A stretch of DNA of 64,000 bases from positions 11,018-75,017 of the forward strand of contig CACKXQ010000002.1 of NCBI GenBank assembly GCA_902604245.1, given 5' to 3'. The translations under genes were made by a program, and so were the position numbers. This document shows, one piece after another, positions 23,825 through 37,100 of this stretch (position 1 is its first letter; each line of letters opens with the position of its first letter). This DNA comes from an uncultured Pelagibacteraceae bacterium (lineage in GTDB: Bacteria; Pseudomonadota; Alphaproteobacteria; Pelagibacterales; Pelagibacteraceae). The notes beneath the pieces were generated by a model, which worked only from the letters and a program-made list of their open reading frames with translations, searched no databases and was not told where the DNA came from.

Positions 23825-24120
23825 TATTTTTTAGCTCCACCTTCCACTTTTGCTTTTTTATCTGCTGGTGTGTGACCAAAAAATTGCCTTGTTGGTGCGA
23901 ATTCTCCAAATTTATGACCAACCATATCTTCTGATATTGTAATTGGTATGAATTTTTTTCCATTATATATTAAAAAGCTCATACCAACAAAATCCGGAAT
24001 TATTGTTGATTTTCTTGACCATGTTTTAATAGGTTTTTTTATTGGATCATTTTTTAATTTTTCAACCTTTTTTATCAAGCTTTCTTCTACAAATGGTCCT
24101 TTCCAAACTGATCTAGCCAT
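23824..24120 (-). CDS. rpsS: 30S ribosomal protein S19
   Basis: [20 protein letters not shown]. Confidence 0.98.
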   Translation of the reverse strand: MARSVWKGPFVEESLIKKVEKLKNDPIKKPIKTWSRKSTIIPDFVGMSFLIYNGKKFIPITISEDMVGHKFGEFAPTRQFFGHTPADKKAKVEGGAKK

Positions 24121-24123
24121 AAA

Positions 24124-24957
24124 TTATGCTCTTTTCTTCTTTCTTCTTCTTATTATAAATTTATCTGTTCTCTTATTATCTCTTGTTTTTAATCCTTTTG
24201 CTGATTGTCCTGTTGGAGATACTGGATGTCTACCTCCAGCTGATTTACCTTCTCCACCTCCATGAGGGTGGTCAACTGGGTTTTTTACTACACCTCTTGT
24301 GTGAGGTCTTATACCTAACCATCTTGATCTACCTGCTTTACCAATTTTAATATTTTTTTGATCTGGATTTGATAACACGCCAATTGTTGCCATTGAGTTT
24401 GAGTTAATTTTTCTAACTTCGCCTGAAGTCATTTTTATAATTGAATAATTTCCATCTATCCCAGAGATTGAGACTGATGTACCTGCAGATCTTGCAATCT
24501 TTCCACCTCCTCCAGGATTAATTTCAACATTGTGTATGTCAATACCTACAGGAATATCTTTTAATGGAAGACAGTTCCCTATCTTTATTTCTGAACTCGA
24601 TCCGTTTTGAATTTTATCTCCTATTTTAATATCTTTTGGTGCTAAATAATAAAACTTTTGATTATCTTCAAACTTTACTAACATAATGTGGCATGATCTA
24701 TTTGGATCATACTCTATTCTCTCAACTTCGGCTTTTATATCTAATTTTTTTCTATAAAAATCAACTTGTCTATATTTATGTTTATGGCCGCCACCATGAT
24801 TCCTTGAAGTAATTCTTCCATAATTGTTTCTACCTTTTGAAGAGTTATTCTGTGATGTTAATGGTTTATATGGTTTACCTTTCCATAGACCATCTCTACT
24901 AACAAGAATAGTGCCTCTAGTACTTTTTGTATAAGGTTTAAATGTCTTTAATGCCAT
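24124..24957 (-). CDS. rplB: 50S ribosomal protein L2
   Basis: NPVDHPHGGGEG. Confidence 0.98.
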   Translation of the reverse strand: MALKTFKPYTKSTRGTILVSRDGLWKGKPYKPLTSQNNSSKGRNNYGRITSRNHGGGHKHKYRQVDFYRKKLDIKAEVERIEYDPNRSCHIMLVKFEDNQKFYYLAPKDIKIGDKIQNGSSSEIKIGNCLPLKDIPVGIDIHNVEINPGGGGKIARSAGTSVSISGIDGNYSIIKMTSGEVRKINSNSMATIGVLSNPDQKNIKIGKAGRSRWLGIRPHTRGVVKNPVDHPHGGGEGKSAGGRHPVSPTGQSAKGLKTRDNKRTDKFIIRRRKKKRA

Positions 24958-24960
24958 ATT

Positions 24961-25254
24961 TTATATTCCTGTTGTTAGGTCAATATTTTGATCTTTTTTT
25001 AGAGTTATTATTGCTTTTTTAAATCCTTTAACTCTAACCTTTTTTCCCCTTGTAATTTTTATTCTAGTTTTTTTGTTGATAATATTTACTTTTATTACAT
25101 CGACTTTGAAGATTTTTTTAATATTTTTTTTTAAATTTTTTTTATTTGCACCTGGGTGTACTTTAAATATAATTTTGTTCTGTGCTGAAAGATTTGTCGA
25201 TTTTTCAGTTACCAATGGTGATATAATTTTGTCGTATAAGTTTAATTTGTCCAT
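24961..25254 (-). CDS. rplW: 50S ribosomal protein L23
   Basis: PLVTEKS, KKAIITL. Confidence 0.95.
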   Translation of the reverse strand: MDKLNLYDKIISPLVTEKSTNLSAQNKIIFKVHPGANKKNLKKNIKKIFKVDVIKVNIINKKTRIKITRGKKVRVKGFKKAIITLKKDQNIDLTTGI

Positions 25255-25255
25255 A

Positions 25256-25876
25256 CTAATATCTTTTTTCCAATTCCTTAATTGATGTTTCTGTAAAAAT
25301 TACCTTTTTAAATTTTGCTAAGTCATAGGCACTAAAATGATTCACATCTGTAATTTTTACATTTGGTATATTTCTAATAGATTTTAAAATGTTATCTCTA
25401 GATTTTTTATCTGCAATAATTATAGAATTCTTTGCTTCAAATTTAGTTAATAAGTTATTCATTTCTTTTGTTTTTTGAATTTCATTTTGGAAATCGTCTA
25501 GGATGATAAGGTCATTTAACTTATTTTTCTCTGTTATCAGGGATACTATACTTAATTTTTTCTCACTTTTATTAAGTTTTCTTTTTTTGTAATTTGTCTG
25601 TCCCTTTGGCCCATGTGCAATACCACCTCCAACAAATATTGGGGCCTTTTTACTTGCATGTCTTGCATTACCAGTTCCTTTTTGTGCATAAATTTTAGAT
25701 GTAGATCCTGTGATTTCATTTTTTTGTTTAGTTTTTGCTTTTCTTCCCTTGTAATTAGCATTTGTTTTATAAATAACATTGCTCACTAATTTATTATTAA
25801 TTTTTGCATCAACTATTTTATCTGAAACGTCAATAGTTTCGCTTTTTCCATTAATTGCTAACTTGTTTATTTTCAT
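25256..25876 (-). CDS. rplD: 50S ribosomal protein L4
   Basis: QKGTGNARH. Confidence 0.96.
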   Translation of the reverse strand: MKINKLAINGKSETIDVSDKIVDAKINNKLVSNVIYKTNANYKGRKAKTKQKNEITGSTSKIYAQKGTGNARHASKKAPIFVGGGIAHGPKGQTNYKKRKLNKSEKKLSIVSLITEKNKLNDLIILDDFQNEIQKTKEMNNLLTKFEAKNSIIIADKKSRDNILKSIRNIPNVKITDVNHFSAYDLAKFKKVIFTETSIKELEKRY

Positions 25877-25879
25877 AAA

Positions 25880-26587
25880 TTACTTTTTATTGTCTTTGCT
25901 TTTTTTTGACTTTTCTAAAATTTCAATTTTCTCAGTTATTGTTAATTTTTTGATATTTTTAATAGCTTTTTTAATCAATACTTCAGAATTTTTGCTACCG
26001 GGTATTGATCCTTTTAAATAAATTAATTCATTTTCAACGTCAGTCTTTATTATTTCAAGATTTTGTATTGTTCTTATTTTATCACCCATATGGCCTGCCA
26101 TTTTTTTTCCTTTGAATACTTTCCCTGGGTCTTGATTTTGACCAGTTGATCCATGTGCTCTATGAGATATTGAAACTCCATGTGAAGCCCTTAATCCTCC
26201 AAAGTTGTGTCTTTTCATTGCTCCCGCAAAACCTTTACCTATTGTTTTTGATTTTACATCTAAAAATTTTGAATCTTTAAAAATTTCAATTCCAAACTCA
26301 TTTCCTTCTTTATATTGAGCTAAATCTTTTACTCTAAATTCCTTCAATATTTTTTTTGCCTCTGTATTCTTTTTTGAAAAATAACCCTTCATTGCCTTAG
26401 ATAATTTTGAATTCTTAATCTTTCCAAATCCTAATTGAATTGCATTATAACCTCTCTTTTCACTGTCTATTAATTGAATAACTCTACCTTTTTCAACTTT
26501 AAGAACTGTTACTGGAATTGATTGACCTGATTTAAAAAATTCTCTAGTCATTCCAATTTTTTTTCCAATTAATCCAATCTCATTCAT
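25880..26587 (-). CDS. rplC: 50S ribosomal protein L3
   Basis: [17 protein letters not shown]. Confidence 0.97.
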   Translation of the reverse strand: MNEIGLIGKKIGMTREFFKSGQSIPVTVLKVEKGRVIQLIDSEKRGYNAIQLGFGKIKNSKLSKAMKGYFSKKNTEAKKILKEFRVKDLAQYKEGNEFGIEIFKDSKFLDVKSKTIGKGFAGAMKRHNFGGLRASHGVSISHRAHGSTGQNQDPGKVFKGKKMAGHMGDKIRTIQNLEIIKTDVENELIYLKGSIPGSKNSEVLIKKAIKNIKKLTITEKIEILEKSKKSKDNKK

Positions 26588-26895
26588 TATATTTTAATCT
26601 CCACATCAACTCCTGATGCTAGGTCTAATTTCATTAATGCTTCAACTGTAGCTGGGGTTGGTTCTATAATATCTATTAACCTTTTATGTGTTCTGGTTTC
26701 AAACTGTTCTCGACTTTTTTTATCAATATGTGGAGACCTTAGCACAGTATATCTCTCTTTTTTTGTGGGTAATGGTATCGGTCCTTTAATATTTGCACCT
26801 GTTCGTTTAACTGTATTTACTATTTCTTCTGTTGACTGGTCTAATACCTTATTATCGTACGCTCTCAACTTAATTCTAATATTTTGCTTTTCCAT
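26587..26895 (-). CDS. rpsJ: 30S ribosomal protein S10
   Basis: [14 protein letters not shown]. Confidence 0.98.
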   Translation of the reverse strand: MEKQNIRIKLRAYDNKVLDQSTEEIVNTVKRTGANIKGPIPLPTKKERYTVLRSPHIDKKSREQFETRTHKRLIDIIEPTPATVEALMKLDLASGVDVEIKI

Positions 26896-26897
26896 AT

Positions 26898-28973
26898 TTA
26901 TCCTGTTTTTTTAGTAACCTCATCCTGAACATTTTGAGGCACCTTGTCATAGTGATCAAAGAACATTGAATATTGAGCTCTTCCTTGTGACATTGATCTT
27001 AAATTATTAATATATCCAAACATATTTGCTAAAGGAACCATTGCAGTTATAACTGTTGCATTTCCTCTTTGCTCTTGTGTACTAATTTGACCTCTACGGC
27101 TATTTAAATCACCTATTACATCACCCATATAATCTTCAGGCGTTACAACTTCTACCCTCATTATAGGTTCTAATAATTTAAGCGTTGCTTTTGTGCAAGC
27201 TTCTTTAAAACATTGTCTTGAAGCTAATTCAAATGCCAGAACACTTGAGTCGACATCATGATGTAAGCCATCAACAATAGTAACTTTATAATCTATCAAA
27301 GGAAATCCGGCTAATATGCCACCATCAGCAACTGTTTCGACACCTTTTTCAACTCCTGGAATAAATTCTTTTGGTATAGCGCCACCTTTAATCTTACTTT
27401 CAATTTCTCTACCTTTTCCAGGTTCAAGTGGCTCTACTGTAAGTTTAACTCTAGCAAATTGGCCAGCACCACCACTTTGTTTTTTATGAGTGTAATCATT
27501 TTCAGCTGGAGATAGAATTGTTTCTCTATAAGCTACTTGAGGGGCTCCAACATTAGCTTCAACCTTGAATTCTCTTTTCATCCTATCAACAATTATATCT
27601 AGGTGGAGTTCGCCCATACCCTTTATTATTGTTTGGCCAGATTCTTCATCTGATGTAACTCTAAATGATGGGTCCTCTTTAGCTAATCTACCTAAAGCTT
27701 CTCCCATTTTTTCTTGGTCGGCTTTAGTTTTGGGTTCTACTGCAATTTCAATTACTGGATCAGGAAATTCCATTGGCTCCAGTAGTACTGGAGTATCTTT
27801 ATTAGCAAGAGTATGACCCGTGATTGTGTTTTTTAATCCTGCAAGTGCAACAATATCACCAGCATTAGCTTCTTTAATATCTTCTCTTGAATTAGCATGC
27901 ATCAATAACATTCGGCCAACTCTTTCTTCTTTATCCTTCGAGGTATTATATATTCCTGTTCCTGATTTTACTGTCCCAGAATAAATTCTAATAAATGTTA
28001 AACTCCCAACAAAAGGGTCATTTGCAACTTTAAATGCTAAAGCGGAAAAAGGTGCATTATCATCAAATTTCATTTCAATTTCATCATCGGATCCAGGCTT
28101 GGTTCCTTTTATAAACCCTATATCATTAGGGCTTGGTAAATAATTTACAACAGCATCTAATAATGGTTGTACACCTTTATTTTTAAATGCTGATCCAGTC
28201 AGTACAGGAACAAAATCAAAACCTAAGCAACCTTTTCTTATACACTTTATAAGATCTTCTTCTGATATATCTTTACCTCCAAGATAATTTTCCATTAACT
28301 GTTCATCTTGCTCAACAGCTGTTTCAACTAATTCTTGACGATATTTGTTAGAAATATCTTTCAAATCTTCAGGTATATCTACTAATTCCCAAGCAGCGCC
28401 AAGATCTTCATTTTTCCAAATTACAGCTTTCATCTTAATAAGGTCTACCACACCTTTTAGAGAAGCTTCTACACCAATGGGTACTTGCATTACTAATGGT
28501 TTTGCTCCTAGTCTCTCTTTTATCATGTCTACACATCTAAAAAAATCTGCACCAGTTCTATCTAATTTATTTACAAAACATATTCGAGGTACTTTATATT
28601 TGTCAGCTTGTCTCCATACAGTTTCAGATTGGGGCTCTACACCAGCTACGCCATCAAATACAGCAACTGCACCGTCTAGGACCTTTAAAGATCTCTCAAC
28701 TTCAATTGTAAAATCAACATGACCTGGGGTGTCTATAATATTAATTCTGTGATCATTCCAAAAACAAGTTGTTGCAGCAGATGTAATGGTAATTCCTCTT
28801 TCTTGTTCTTGTTCCATCCAATCCATTGTTGCAGCACCGTCATGGACTTCACCTATTTTGTGACTTTTTCCAGTATAGTAAAGAATTCTTTCAGTAGTTG
28901 TGGTCTTACCTGCATCTATATGAGCCATAATACCAATATTTCTGTATTTATCTAAATTATGTGTTCTTGACAT
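26898..28973 (-). CDS. fusA: Elongation factor G
   Basis: [14 protein letters not shown]. Confidence 0.98.
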   Translation of the reverse strand: MSRTHNLDKYRNIGIMAHIDAGKTTTTERILYYTGKSHKIGEVHDGAATMDWMEQEQERGITITSAATTCFWNDHRINIIDTPGHVDFTIEVERSLKVLDGAVAVFDGVAGVEPQSETVWRQADKYKVPRICFVNKLDRTGADFFRCVDMIKERLGAKPLVMQVPIGVEASLKGVVDLIKMKAVIWKNEDLGAAWELVDIPEDLKDISNKYRQELVETAVEQDEQLMENYLGGKDISEEDLIKCIRKGCLGFDFVPVLTGSAFKNKGVQPLLDAVVNYLPSPNDIGFIKGTKPGSDDEIEMKFDDNAPFSALAFKVANDPFVGSLTFIRIYSGTVKSGTGIYNTSKDKEERVGRMLLMHANSREDIKEANAGDIVALAGLKNTITGHTLANKDTPVLLEPMEFPDPVIEIAVEPKTKADQEKMGEALGRLAKEDPSFRVTSDEESGQTIIKGMGELHLDIIVDRMKREFKVEANVGAPQVAYRETILSPAENDYTHKKQSGGAGQFARVKLTVEPLEPGKGREIESKIKGGAIPKEFIPGVEKGVETVADGGILAGFPLIDYKVTIVDGLHHDVDSSVLAFELASRQCFKEACTKATLKLLEPIMRVEVVTPEDYMGDVIGDLNSRRGQISTQEQRGNATVITAMVPLANMFGYINNLRSMSQGRAQYSMFFDHYDKVPQNVQDEVTKKTG

Positions 28974-28979
28974 ATAAAA

Positions 28980-29450
28980 TTACCATCTAAAGTGAGCAAA
29001 GGCTTTGTTTGACTCTGCCATCTTATGAGTATCCTCTTTTTTTTTAATTGCTGAACCTCTATTTTGGTAAGCATCATAAATTTCATTGAATATTTTATCA
29101 GACATCTTTTTATCTTTACGTTTTCTTGATGCATCAACTAACCATCTCAGGGCAAGTGCTTGAGATCGCTTTGATTTTACTTCAACTGGTACTTGATAAG
29201 TTGCTCCACCAACTCTTCTTGATCTGACCTCTACAGTCGGTCTTATATTGTTAATTGCATCATTAAAAACATTTAAAGGTTCATCTTTTGATTTACTCTT
29301 AATTTTTTCAATAGCATCATAAATAATTTTTTCTGCAACTGTCTTTTTACCATCATACATTATTGAGTTTATTAACTTTGGAATTATAGTAGATTTGTAC
29401 TTTGGATCAATAACTGCTATTTTTTTGGGTGCTTTTCTTTTTCTGGACAT
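28980..29450 (-). CDS. rpsG: 30S ribosomal protein S7
   Basis: RRVGGATYQVP, AFAHFRW. Confidence 0.98.
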   Translation of the reverse strand: MSRKRKAPKKIAVIDPKYKSTIIPKLINSIMYDGKKTVAEKIIYDAIEKIKSKSKDEPLNVFNDAINNIRPTVEVRSRRVGGATYQVPVEVKSKRSQALALRWLVDASRKRKDKKMSDKIFNEIYDAYQNRGSAIKKKEDTHKMAESNKAFAHFRW

Positions 29451-29453
29451 TTG

Positions 29454-29825
29454 TTATTTCCCTTTCTTTGTTCCATACAAAGAACGTCTTTGTTTTCTGT
29501 TTGCAACACCTTGAGTATCTAAATTCCCTCTAAGAATATGATAACGAACACCAGGTAAATCTTTTACCCTACCACCTCTGATTAAGACAACGGAGTGTTC
29601 TTGCAAATTATGGCCTTCACCTGGTATGTAGGCAGTTACTTCAAACCCATTAGATAATCTTACTCGCGCGACTTTTCTTAATGCTGAATTTGGTTTCTTA
29701 GGTGTAGTAGTATAAACTTTTACACAAACTCCTCTTTTTAAAGGTTGTTTTTGTAAAGCAGGAACTTTGTTTCTTGTTATTTGTTTTACTCTACTTTTTC
29801 TAACTAACTGGTTAATAGTTGGCAT
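29454..29825 (-). CDS. rpsL: 30S ribosomal protein S12
   Basis: [10 protein letters not shown]. Confidence 0.98.
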   Translation of the reverse strand: MPTINQLVRKSRVKQITRNKVPALQKQPLKRGVCVKVYTTTPKKPNSALRKVARVRLSNGFEVTAYIPGEGHNLQEHSVVLIRGGRVKDLPGVRYHILRGNLDTQGVANRKQRRSLYGTKKGK

Positions 29826-29867
29826 AATTAAATTTTATATTATTGTTTTAATTTTTGATGAAAATAA

Positions 29868-29930
29868 CTGACATGTTATTCGTGGCAGCGTTTAGTGATC
29901 TAGTCACTACATTCCAACCAAAAACATGGC
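29868..29930 (-). ncRNA. Putative structured rpsL leader RNA
   Basis: GC-richer 5' UTR with hairpin TAGTGA-n5-TCACTA (29893-29909) and outer pair CATGTT/AACATG; TTGACA at 29954-29959 upstream. Confidence 0.55.
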
Positions 29931-29987
29931 CAAAATACATTAGAAATTATAATTGTCAAACTAAATAAAGTGAAAAAAGCTACAATT

Positions 29988-32900
29988 TTATTGGTTTATT
30001 TGAGCTTCTGAGACTTCTTTGCCTTCTTGCTCAGATAAAAATTTCTGATCGTCCTCTATAGCTTTTTTATTCCAATTATTTTTTATTGATCCAGTGCCGG
30101 CTGGTACAAGTCTACCAACAATAACATTTTCTTTTAATCCAGATAACTTATCAACTTTTCCCTTTATTGCAGCATCAGTCAGTACCCTTGTTGTTTCTTG
30201 GAAAGAGGCTGCTGATATAAACGACTCTGTTTGTAAAGAAGCTTTAGTTATTCCCATTAGAACTCTCTCACCAACAGCAGGTTTTTTACCTTCTGCTATT
30301 AATGCATCGTTTAGTGTTTCAAATTTTATTCTATCTATTATTTCTCCAGGCAATAATTTACTATCTCCCGTCTCTTTAACTTCTATTTTTTTCAACATTT
30401 GTCTTAAAATAGTTTCAATATGTTTGTCATTAATTATTACTCCTTGAAGTCTATAGACATCTTGCACTTGGTTAACAAAATATTCAGTTAACTCCTCTAT
30501 TCCTAATATTCTTAAAATATCATGAGGCAATGGTTGACCATCTAATAAGTATTCACCTTTTTTAATTTTTTCACCTTGATTAAAATTAATATGTTTGCCT
30601 TTTGGAATTAAGTAGCTTGAAGTATCACCATTTTCTGCTTCTATGGTTACTCTTTGTTTACCTCTTACTTCTTTTCCAAATATAACACTACCATCATTTT
30701 CTGCAATAATCGCACTATCTTTGGCTTTTCTTGCTTCAAATAATTCTGCAACTCTAGGTAATCCACCAGTTATATCTTTTGTTTTTGTTGTTTCTTTTGG
30801 TAATCTTGCGATTACATCACCAGCTGAAACTTTTGCTCCATCTTTAACTGATAAAATTGAATCTGGAACTAAATAATATCTTGCCTCATTGTCATCAGCT
30901 TTTTTAATAACATTACCTTTTGCATCTCTTAAAGTAATTCTTGGTTTTAAGTCAGTATTTTTTGATTGCGTTTTCCAATCAACTACTGCTTTTGTAGATA
31001 TACCAGTTGCATCATCAACGGTTTCAGCAATTGAAACACCATCAATTAAATCAACATAATTTGCAATACCATCTTTTTCCGCAATAACTGGAGTTGTGTA
31101 TGGATCCCATTCACAAATTTTTGTACCTTTTTTAACTTTTTGCTCATTTTCAAAAAAAAGTTTAGATCCATAAGGAACTTTATAAGAAGCCACTTGCAAT
31201 CCATTGTCGTCCTCAATTGATATTTCTGTATTTCTACCCATAACGATTTGATTATTTTTTGAATCTTTAATTAGATTTGTATTAATAATTTTAAGCTTAC
31301 CCTCTGAGTTAGATACTATTTGTGACTCTTGTTTAACTGAAGCTGTACCACCAACGTGAAAAGTTCTCATAGTTAGCTGTGTCCCAGGTTCACCTATAGA
31401 CTGAGCAGAAATCATTCCAATGGCCTCACCTACATGAACCATCTTTCCTCTAGATAAGTCTCTTCCGTACGATGTAGCACATACACCTTCTTTTGCACCA
31501 CATGTCATTACTGAATATACATTAATGCTTTTAACTCCAGCTGCATCAATTTTTTCACATCCAGCTTCATCAATCATTTCATCCTTTTTAATTAAAATAT
31601 CACCTGTTAAGGGATTTTTTATTTCTTTTGCAGCAACTCTTCCTAGAGCTCTTTCGGAAAGACTTACCATTATATTTCCACCCTCAAGAACTTCTGTAAG
31701 TTTTATAGAGCCACAGTTCATGTCACATTTAGGTTTTGTTATTGTTAAATCCTGAGCAACATCACACAATCTTCTAGTTAAGTAACCAGAGCTAGCAGTT
31801 TTAAGTGCTGTATCTGCCAGACCTTTTCTAGCACCGTGTGTTGAGTTAAAATATTCTAAAGCTGTAAGACCCTCTTTAAAGTTAGATGTGATTGGTGTCT
31901 CAATAATTTCACCTGAAGGTTTTGCAATTAAACCTCTCATTCCAGCTAATTGTTTCATCTGTGCTGCTGAACCTCTGGCACCACTATCGGCCATCATAAA
32001 TACTGAATTAATTTTTATCCCTTCATCTGTAACTTCAGTTGCTGAAATTCTTTTCATCATTTCAGATGCAACTCTATCTGTACATTTAGACCAAGCATCA
32101 ATAACTTTATTGTATTTTTCTCCTCTTGTTATAAGACCTTCTGCATATTGTCCTTCGTAGTCTGCAATAAGTTTTTTAGTCTCATCAATTAATTGTTCTT
32201 TATTCTCTGGTATTAAGAGGTCGTCTTTTCCAAAAGAAATTCCAGCCTTAAAGGCATGTTTAAATCCAATATCTTTAAGTTTATCACAAAATATTACTGT
32301 ACTTTTCTGACCAGAGAATCTAAATACATGATCAATAACTTCTGAAACTATTTTTTTTGGTAGCAATCTATCAATTAATGAAAATTTATTATTTACATTT
32401 TTAGGAATTATTTGAGATAATAAAAATCTCCCAGCTGTGCTAATATGTTTCTCAAATTTTATATTTCCTTTCTCATCAACAGTTTCAAATCTTGATACTA
32501 TTCTTGAGTGCACTTTAATCTGTCCTGTTTCTAGTGCATGTTCAATTTCAGATGTATTTACAAAATATCCATCAATTTTTTCAGTCTGTACTGGTGGTTG
32601 AGATAGATAATATATACCTAGTATCATATCCTGGCTCGGCACAATGATAGGCTTACCATTAGAAGGACTTAATATATTATTAGTCGACATCATTAAAACT
32701 CTAGCTTCTAATTGTGCCTCTAAACTTAATGGCACATGAACAGCCATTTGATCTCCATCAAAATCAGCATTAAATGCTGCACAAGTTAATGGATGAAGTT
32801 CAATTGCATTACCTTCAATCAATTTTGGCTCAAAAGCTTGAACACCTAATCTATGTAACGTTGGAGCTCTATTTAATATTACTGGATGTTCTCTTACTAT

Positions 32901-34154
32901 AAGTTCTAAAGCGTCCCAAACTTCTGTTCTTTCTTTTTCAACAAGTTTTTTTGCTTGCTTTATAGTTGAGGCCAAACCGAGTTTATTTAATCGTGCATAT
33001 AAAAAAGGTTTAAATAATTCTAAAGCCATTTTTTTTGGTAAACCGCACTCATGTAATTTTAAATCAGGTCCTACAACAATTACTGATCTACCTGAGTAAT
33101 CAACTCTTTTACCAAGTAAATTTTGTCTAAATCGCCCTTGTTTACCCTTTAACATCTCCGCAAGTGATTTAAGAGGTCTCTTATTAGTTCCAGTAATTAC
33201 TCTTCCACGTCTACCATTATCAAATAAAGCATCCACCGACTCTTGTAACATTCTCTTTTCATTTCTAACAATAATATCTGGAGCTTTTAAATCTATAAGT
33301 CTTTTCAATCTATTATTTCTATTAATCACTCTTCTATAAAGATCATTAAGATCTGAAGTTGCAAATCTACCTCCATCCAAAGGAACAAGTGGTCTTAATT
33401 CTGGCGGTATAACAGGTACAGTGGTTAATATCATCCACTCAGGCTTGTTGCCTGTTTCTATAAATGATTCAATTAATTTCAATCTTTTAATTGATCTTTC
33501 TTCATTAACTTTTGATTTTGTCTCTTTAATGCTTTTGATTAAAAGATCTCTTTCTTCCTCAAGGTTAATTGATTTTAATATTTCTAATATAGCTTCTGCT
33601 CCTATACCTGCGGTAAAGGCTTCTTCACCATAGTCATCTTGATATTTAATTAGTTCTTCCTCACCTAATAGCTGGTTCTTCTTTAACCCTGTTAAGCCAG
33701 GTTCAATTACGATAAAATTTTCAAAATACAGAACTCTCTCTACTTCTTTTAATTTCATATCAACAACAAGAGAAATTCTGCTAGGTAATGATTTTAAAAA
33801 CCAGATGTGCGCTACTGGTGTAGCTAAATTAATATGACCCATTCTTTCTCTACGAACATTTGATTTTGTGACCTCAACTCCACACTTTTCACAAATTATA
33901 CCTCTAAACTTCATTCTTTTGTATTTCCCACATAGACATTCGTAATCTTTTATTGGACCAAATATTCTTGCACAAAACAGACCATCTTTTTCTGGTCTAA
34001 ATGTTCTATAGTTAATTGTTTCAGGTTTTTTTATTTCACCATATGTCCAAGACTTAATTTTTTCAGGACTAGCTAAAGTGATTTTAATACTGTTAAAATT
34101 TTGAGCCTCTGATATTTCAGAGGATTTAAACAGATCTGATAATTCTTTACTCAT
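29988..34154 (-). CDS. rpoC: RNA polymerase beta' subunit
   Basis: [12 protein letters not shown]. Confidence 0.99.
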   Translation of the reverse strand: MSKELSDLFKSSEISEAQNFNSIKITLASPEKIKSWTYGEIKKPETINYRTFRPEKDGLFCARIFGPIKDYECLCGKYKRMKFRGIICEKCGVEVTKSNVRRERMGHINLATPVAHIWFLKSLPSRISLVVDMKLKEVERVLYFENFIVIEPGLTGLKKNQLLGEEELIKYQDDYGEEAFTAGIGAEAILEILKSINLEEERDLLIKSIKETKSKVNEERSIKRLKLIESFIETGNKPEWMILTTVPVIPPELRPLVPLDGGRFATSDLNDLYRRVINRNNRLKRLIDLKAPDIIVRNEKRMLQESVDALFDNGRRGRVITGTNKRPLKSLAEMLKGKQGRFRQNLLGKRVDYSGRSVIVVGPDLKLHECGLPKKMALELFKPFLYARLNKLGLASTIKQAKKLVEKERTEVWDALELIVREHPVILNRAPTLHRLGVQAFEPKLIEGNAIELHPLTCAAFNADFDGDQMAVHVPLSLEAQLEARVLMMSTNNILSPSNGKPIIVPSQDMILGIYYLSQPPVQTEKIDGYFVNTSEIEHALETGQIKVHSRIVSRFETVDEKGNIKFEKHISTAGRFLLSQIIPKNVNNKFSLIDRLLPKKIVSEVIDHVFRFSGQKSTVIFCDKLKDIGFKHAFKAGISFGKDDLLIPENKEQLIDETKKLIADYEGQYAEGLITRGEKYNKVIDAWSKCTDRVASEMMKRISATEVTDEGIKINSVFMMADSGARGSAAQMKQLAGMRGLIAKPSGEIIETPITSNFKEGLTALEYFNSTHGARKGLADTALKTASSGYLTRRLCDVAQDLTITKPKCDMNCGSIKLTEVLEGGNIMVSLSERALGRVAAKEIKNPLTGDILIKKDEMIDEAGCEKIDAAGVKSINVYSVMTCGAKEGVCATSYGRDLSRGKMVHVGEAIGMISAQSIGEPGTQLTMRTFHVGGTASVKQESQIVSNSEGKLKIINTNLIKDSKNNQIVMGRNTEISIEDDNGLQVASYKVPYGSKLFFENEQKVKKGTKICEWDPYTTPVIAEKDGIANYVDLIDGVSIAETVDDATGISTKAVVDWKTQSKNTDLKPRITLRDAKGNVIKKADDNEARYYLVPDSILSVKDGAKVSAGDVIARLPKETTKTKDITGGLPRVAELFEARKAKDSAIIAENDGSVIFGKEVRGKQRVTIEAENGDTSSYLIPKGKHINFNQGEKIKKGEYLLDGQPLPHDILRILGIEELTEYFVNQVQDVYRLQGVIINDKHIETILRQMLKKIEVKETGDSKLLPGEIIDRIKFETLNDALIAEGKKPAVGERVLMGITKASLQTESFISAASFQETTRVLTDAAIKGKVDKLSGLKENVIVGRLVPAGTGSIKNNWNKKAIEDDQKFLSEQEGKEVSEAQINQ

Positions 34155-34156
34155 TT

Positions 34157-37100
34157 TTAATTTAATTCCACATTTAATGCTAATGATTTAATTTCTTTAA
34201 CTAAAACGTTAAATGACTCTGGTATTCCAGACTCAAAATTTTCTTCACCCTTTACAATAGTTTCGTATACTTTCACTCTGCCAGCAACATCGTCAGACTT
34301 CACAGTTAGAATTTCTTGAAGTGTGTAAGAGGCACCATATGCTTCTAAAGCCCAAACTTCCATTTCTCCGAATCTTTGGCCACCTAGTTGTGCTTTTCCA
34401 CCAAGTGGTTGTTGTGTAACTAGACTGTATGGTCCTGTAGATCTTGCATGTATTTTATCTTCAACTAAGTGGTGTAGTTTAAGCATATAAATAATTCCCA
34501 CGGTAACTGGTCTGTCAAATTTTTCCCCTGTTCTGCCATCCCATAGTGTTGTTTGTCCTGAATTTGGTAGTTTGGCTAGATCTAACATTTTTGTTACATC
34601 ATTTTCTTTCGCTCCATCAAATACAGGAGTTGAAATTGGAACTCCATTTTGAATATTTTGGCACAAATCCTTAAATTCTGTTGTTGTTAAATTATCGATA
34701 TTTTCTGAATATACTTCATCGCCGTATACCGTTTTTAAAAATTTTGATATTTTGTTATCCTTTTCAATTCTTTTTTGATTCTGATTAATTAGATCAGTCA
34801 GTTGCTCGCCAAGCTCCTTGCAAGACCAACCCAGATGTGTTTCTAATATTTGACCCACATTCATTCTACTTGGTACACCTAATGGATTTAGAACAATATC
34901 TACAGGTTTACCATTTTCTCTGTATGGCATATCCTCTACAGGCACTATTTTGCTAACTACTCCTTTGTTCCCGTGTCTTCCCGACATTTTATCTCCAGGT
35001 CTTAATCTTCTTTTAATCGCAACAAAAACTTTTACCATTTTCATAACACTAGGTAATAAATCGTCGCCTTGTCTTATTTTTAAAACTTTATCTTCAAATC
35101 TTTCTTGAATATCTTTTCTTGCGTTTTCATATTGACTTTTAAGTTGACTGAATGTTTCTGTTTTTTTGATATCATTTAACAAAATTTTAAAAAGATCAGA
35201 TACCGGTAAATCAAAAATAATTTCTTCGTTTAGAATGGTACCAATTTCATAATTTTTAAATTTTTTACTTAACTTTGTATTTGCAAGAATTGTAGAAGCT
35301 CTTTGTTTTATACTTCTTTCAAGTATTTCTTCCTCAACATTTTTATCTTGTTGAACACTTTCAATTTCTGCTCTTTCTATCGTTATTGACCTCTCGTCTT
35401 TTTCAATCCCATGCCTATTAAAAACTCTAACATCAACAACAATTCCCCCACTTCCACTTGGCATTTTTAGTGAGGTATCAGTTACATCAATGGCTTTTTC
35501 ACCAAAGATTGATCTCAGAAGTTTTTCCTCAGGTCCTGATGCTGAATCTCCTTTAGGTGTAACTTTTCCAACAAGTATGTCCCCAGGTTTAACTTCTGCA
35601 CCTATGTAAACTATTCCTGACTCATCAAGATTTTTTAATGCTTCCTCGTTAATGTTTGGAATATCCCTTGTAATATCTTCTTCACCTAATTTAGTATCTC
35701 TAGCCATAACTTCATATTCCTCAATATGTATAGATGTAAAGACATCATCTGTTACACATCTTTCGGAAATTAATATTGAATCCTCAAAATTATATCCTTG
35801 CCAAGGCATAAAGGCTACAGTTACATTCTTTCCTAATGCAAGTTCTCCTATTTTTGTTGATGGACCGTCAGCAATTATATCTCCTGACTTAACTTTGTCC
35901 CCTACTCTTACTAGTGGTTTTTGATTAATACAAGTATTCTGATTAGATCTCTTAAATTTTTGTAGATTATAAATATCAACACCAGACTCAGAATAATCTT
36001 TTTCATTTGCAGCTTTTATTACAATTCTTTTACCGTCGATTTTATCTACTATACCTTCTCTTTTTGCTACAATCGTAACACCAGAGTCAAGCGCTACATC
36101 ACTTTCTATTCCAGTTCCAACCAAAGGTGCTTCTGGTTTAAGCAAAGGAACAGCTTGCCTCATCATATTTGAGCCCATTAAAGCTCTATTTGCATCATCA
36201 TTCTCTAAGAAAGGTATAAGTGAAGCTGCTACTGAGACCAATTGTTTTGGAGAAACATCAATATAATCAATATTTTCTGGCTTAGATAAAATAAAATCTA
36301 AATTTGCTCTACTTGAAACCAAATCTTCAACAAATTTACCATTTTTATCTAGAACAGAGTTTGCTTGAGCAATTGTAAAATTTGTTTCTTCCATTGCCGA
36401 AAGATATTCTATCTTGTCTTGAACAATTCCATTTTCTACTTTTTTATATGGACTCTCTATAAAACCATATTTATTAATTTTTGAATATGTAGAAAGACTG
36501 TTGATCAAACCTATGTTTGGACCTTCTGGAGTTTCAATGGGGCATATACGGCCATAATGAGTAGGATGTACGTCTCTGACTTCAAATCCAGCTCTTTCTC
36601 TTGTAAGTCCACCTGGGCCTAATGCAGAAACTCTTCTTTTATGAGTTATCTCTGATAAAGGATTTGTTTGATCCATAAATTGAGAAAGTTGTGAAGTAGC
36701 AAAAAAATCTTTAAGTGAAATTGTCAATGGTTTAGCATTAATTAAATCTTGTGGCATAGCTGACTCAACATCCAGTGTTGTCATTTTTTCTTTAATGGCT
36801 CTTTCCATTCTGTAGACACCAATTCTTGCTTGGTTTTCAACTAATTCACCCACAGATCTTACTCTTCTATTTCCTAGATGATCTATGTCATCAACTTCAT
36901 CCTTTCCATCTCTAAGATCTAACATTTTTTTAATTATTGCTAAGATATCGTCATTCCTTAAAATTGTAATTTTATCAGAGCAATTTAGATTAAGTCTTGA
37001 ATTCATTTTTACTCTACCAACATCTGATAGATCATATCTATCAGAACTAAAAAATAGGTTATTAAATATTTGGGTAGCAATCTCTATTGTAGGTGGCTCT

